Shown here one piece after another: positions 60,540-64,000 of a DNA stretch of 64,000 nucleotides. The position numbers were made by a program, and so were the translations under genes. The DNA lies in assembly GCA_976226885.1 (NCBI GenBank), contig OZ320313.1, forward strand, positions 62,124,001-62,188,000. Direction: 5' to 3'. The stretch comes from Iphione sp. A-MEVVRFRX5. Taxonomy: Eukaryota. Within the stretch, counting starts at the first letter, position 1, and each line of letters starts with the position of its first letter. The notes beneath the pieces were generated by a model that saw only the letters and a list, made by a program, of their open reading frames with translations, was not told the DNA's origin and searched no databases.

Positions 60540-63500
60540 TGTCCACCTTTACGTATCTATTGTTGAACGCACGGTGTACCTCTAGATAGGCAAGGTGTTG
60601 TCGGTGTCCTTTTTTCGGCGTCTATATCTTGCCAGTATCAGTCTATTCGACTTTTGCTACTAGTCTGACCCTCACTATGTACATGTTTTGTATGTCCTTT
60701 CTGCGATGGAATATTAATCATTCGTTTCAATGTTAAACAGAGTCGTTTGTATGAGTCAACGATCGGTACTGTTGCCAGTATTTTTTTATCTTTTCTATCA
60801 TCAAATTCTGTTCCCTCCCCCTTCTTCATAAAATTAATCAGAGGAACATGGCGGGTGTAGGAATATTTAATTCACCGGCTTTTGTTGGGCTAATCTCTCG
60901 TATAACACCATTAGTGCTAAATATCGATGGTGTTTAAAGTACCATGTACATGGGACAGACCAGTGTCATTTTTTTTCATTTTCCTTACATCTTTAACGAG
61001 GAACTATAATATCCAGCTATCAATTTAGCTGTTCTTCATTATCATCCTGGCGTAGCATATACATGTAATCTATTATTGAGAATTGAGAGACCAGAATACC
61101 CGGGGTTGTTCATGTATTTGCATTCAGTTCGTTCTTCGGCTACGCAAGCAGAACGGCGCTGAACACGGATCCTGACACTCGTATGTTGTGTCCCACGCAC
61201 GTTACCCAATATGATTCAGACCTCGCAAGGTAATTACTACAGGTGACCAATCCCTGATAGGACGACAATAATCAAGCAACGACAGCGACAAGTAAATGGC
61301 AGGCATATTATGTTACATGGTCGATTGCGGAGTGTGATTTATGACCAAACAGGTAATAGTTGATGGGTATTTCTTGGAGGAGGGGTAATGATTTGCGAGC
61401 GGCCCTTGACACTGTTTTGCAGCATTTTTTTGGTATGCTTGACCTGCCATAAATTGGTTCCTTTCATGTGTATTTATGTTTAAACAAATATACAGTGTAT
61501 ATTGTTCGTTGCAAGGAGGAGGTCTACAACTGATGAAATGCAAGGAACGGCGACATGTTTTGATTTGTAGAGATGGACGCTATGTATATTAACCTTCGTG
61601 TTTTTTTTACACGCAGTTGCCTAAATATTATGTTGGCAACAGGTGTATTCTATGGATGCTTTTTGTCTAGTGTGGGATGATACCGTCACTCTACCTTTTT
61701 CATGTCTCCTCCGTTCGCTCTATTTGTCAGACTGGTCAAATTCACCGTCTGCGAAAATGCTCGCCGTATCTCCTGCTATAAAATACACTTGCGCTTCATT
61801 TGCCCTTTGCCATTTCCAAGTCTGGATATACTTAAGCACTACTTTTTAACCATTAAACGACTTGCTATGCACATCAGTATACACAGATTGAAATGAAACA
61901 GTGGGCTTAGGCCTTACAGTCCCCCTATTTCATATGTGCCTGTCAGGGAGAGGGCAGGGAAGCATAAAAAGATGGACGAACATTGTCTAACATTTGTTAG
62001 TTCAGGTTAAAATTTTATCTTATTTGCACATAATTTGCATTAAAAACAGCTTATACAGATTTAACAGGAATCCAATGAGATCCGTACAAAAACCATGCAA
62101 TTAACACAGATTTGACAGGAATAAAAGGTTAAACTCATTTCTGTAGCCTACTTATCCATGTTGGTCTGAAGTTCGGAAAAAATGAGCATTGTATGTTTCC
62201 CTTCCACGAGCCCCTCCAGACCCCGGACCCCAGACTTGTATGCAAGAAACAACCTGGTTGGAAGCCGTAGGATGCTATTTTTCATAAACACACATAATGC
62301 AGAGTCTAGGATAAAAATTCGGACGTATGTAAACTGGGCCTTAGTTTTGTTCGTTTTAAATACAATGTACCACCCATGTGATATCTACCAAAGGCCCAGT
62401 CGTTTGGTGAAATTAGAATCGTTTTCAGGGCTCATATTATATTTCGTCATATTCATAAATAAGGCAGCATTAAAGATTGGCTGTTGACAAAGAAAAGCAT
62501 TTAAAATAGAAAGCAACAGTCTTTTTAACCAGCAGGTTTTCGTCGCAGCTCGCGAGAAGGCATTCGTTTCTAGGTATACTGTGATAATTGCTCGGTTGTA
62601 ATACATGTACTGAGAATATAGCTGCGTACATCCGTATCCAGGCATATAATCCTTTATGCTTATACTAGATGTGCGCGTACGTATACATGTATGCGTAAGA
62701 TATATATTTCCTATTGGCCATGTCACCCCGTTATTCATTACGTGCTTCGCTGCAGCCAGGACAAATTCGGCTTAAAACTCAGTTCTCGAACGAAACAGGC
62801 GAGACAAGTCACTGGTCATGTCGGGTTCTGTCAGACGCGCGAATAACCTTGGGCTGTCTGTGACTGATGCGAAGGATAAAAGGAAGCGCTAGGTCTGACA
62901 TTGGATGCAGATTATTTGCAGTGCTTTTAAATACATTTTTTTAATTCGTACGATTTTGAAAATAGTGTCTAAATAGGCTAAACAAAAATGTTGATGTGCA
63001 CTTCTCAAGTATGCACCTGAGTATAGACGAATCAACCTATATGATGTAAATGTAGTTCAGAACCACATATTCCTTTTTATGTATAAAAAAGGGGCACCGA
63101 GTAAGAATTTTGAGCACCCGCATCTCCTGTTTAATGTGATAGAAATCTTTAGTCGGCGAATCAGAGAAGTATGTCAGCACTGTCAGTGATTGTCGACAGT
63201 CAGAATGACATTGTTCGAGTTGTTTACCTACTAACCCCATGTATCTGGATGGCGGTTCTGTCCAGTGATCTACGCCAGGTCGTGACACTAACTACTTGTA
63301 TAACAATTGCTGTGCCGCATCACATGTTGGCCCTCGTAACCCAAGCCCAGTTCTTATAAAAAGACAGTTGCCTCTAAGTATTTGAAAGGGAAAAAGTCTT
63401 TTTTAAAGGCCTCGTGAGATTTCCTCCCTTACGTAGGTACCCACAAATTAAAAAAAAAATAATTAAGTTTTTCTCCTCTACGATCACACAAATGCACGCA

Positions 63501-64000
63501 AATGTTTAGAAGGCTTTTCTAAATCTTAGTTAGATTGAAAGAAAGTATATCTGTTAGATTTATTAATTATAAGGAGAAAATTTTACATTGCATAGGTCGT
63601 AGACAGGAACTTCACACTAAGCTCACGGACTGGCTGTCTCTATGATGTAATCAAAGAAGTCTGTAATAGAGATGCGGTCTAAGTAAGGAATAGGCATATT
63701 AATTGTTGCCTTCCTAAAGTTAGGTATTTAAAAATGCACAGGAATGCCTGTCTGTTGTGTAACCTCTCTAATCTAGCCACATTGAGTAGGTGCAAGTTAA
63801 AATCACTTGCTGTTTGTCGTAAAAAAGACTGTATTCCAACCAAAAAGGATTACAACCAGTCATGGTGGAAATTGCAGTGTTAGGCGTAATTTCCATGTGC
63901 ATGTGTTTTTATGGCGTTGGTGCATTGTTTTCGGCATGTTTTTTAAAAGCTAACTCGTATCCATAAAGCATATCCATGTGTAGCATGTGTTTAGATTGAG

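Overview
This is eukaryotic (animal) genomic DNA, AT-rich, intron-rich and full of repeats, so most ORFs in the supplied track are spurious and real genes had to be rebuilt from GT-AG splice sites. Four genes are supported. (1) A + strand matrix metalloproteinase, 10 exons, 10996-28256: prodomain, PRCGFPD switch, furin site, HELGHSLGLGH catalytic motif, Pro-rich hinge, four hemopexin blades and a stalk ending in a GPI-signal-like tail; its signal-peptide exon was not found. (2) A + strand signal peptide-LRR-LRRCT-Ig receptor whose ectodomain lies in one exon (42633-43785); its 3' end is unresolved. (3) A complete 5229-bp piggyBac element (44059-49287; TTAA TSD, perfect 14-bp TIRs) with an intact 609-aa DDD transposase split by six introns. 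(4) Inside that element, a convergent three-exon minus-strand gene (99 aa) whose C-terminal motif resembles the KolX / P2X7-ballast-like family. This two-gene, intron-bearing piggyBac is the best candidate for an undescribed system. Also present: a decayed Gypsy LTR element in an MMP intron (ATAT TSD) carrying a relic pair of C2H2 zinc fingers after integrase, about 18 MITE copies of several TSD classes, LINE and SINE relics, microsatellites, a 274-N assembly gap, and roughly ten-fold enrichment of the palindrome TACATGTA. The host is not determined; a marine invertebrate is an inference only.
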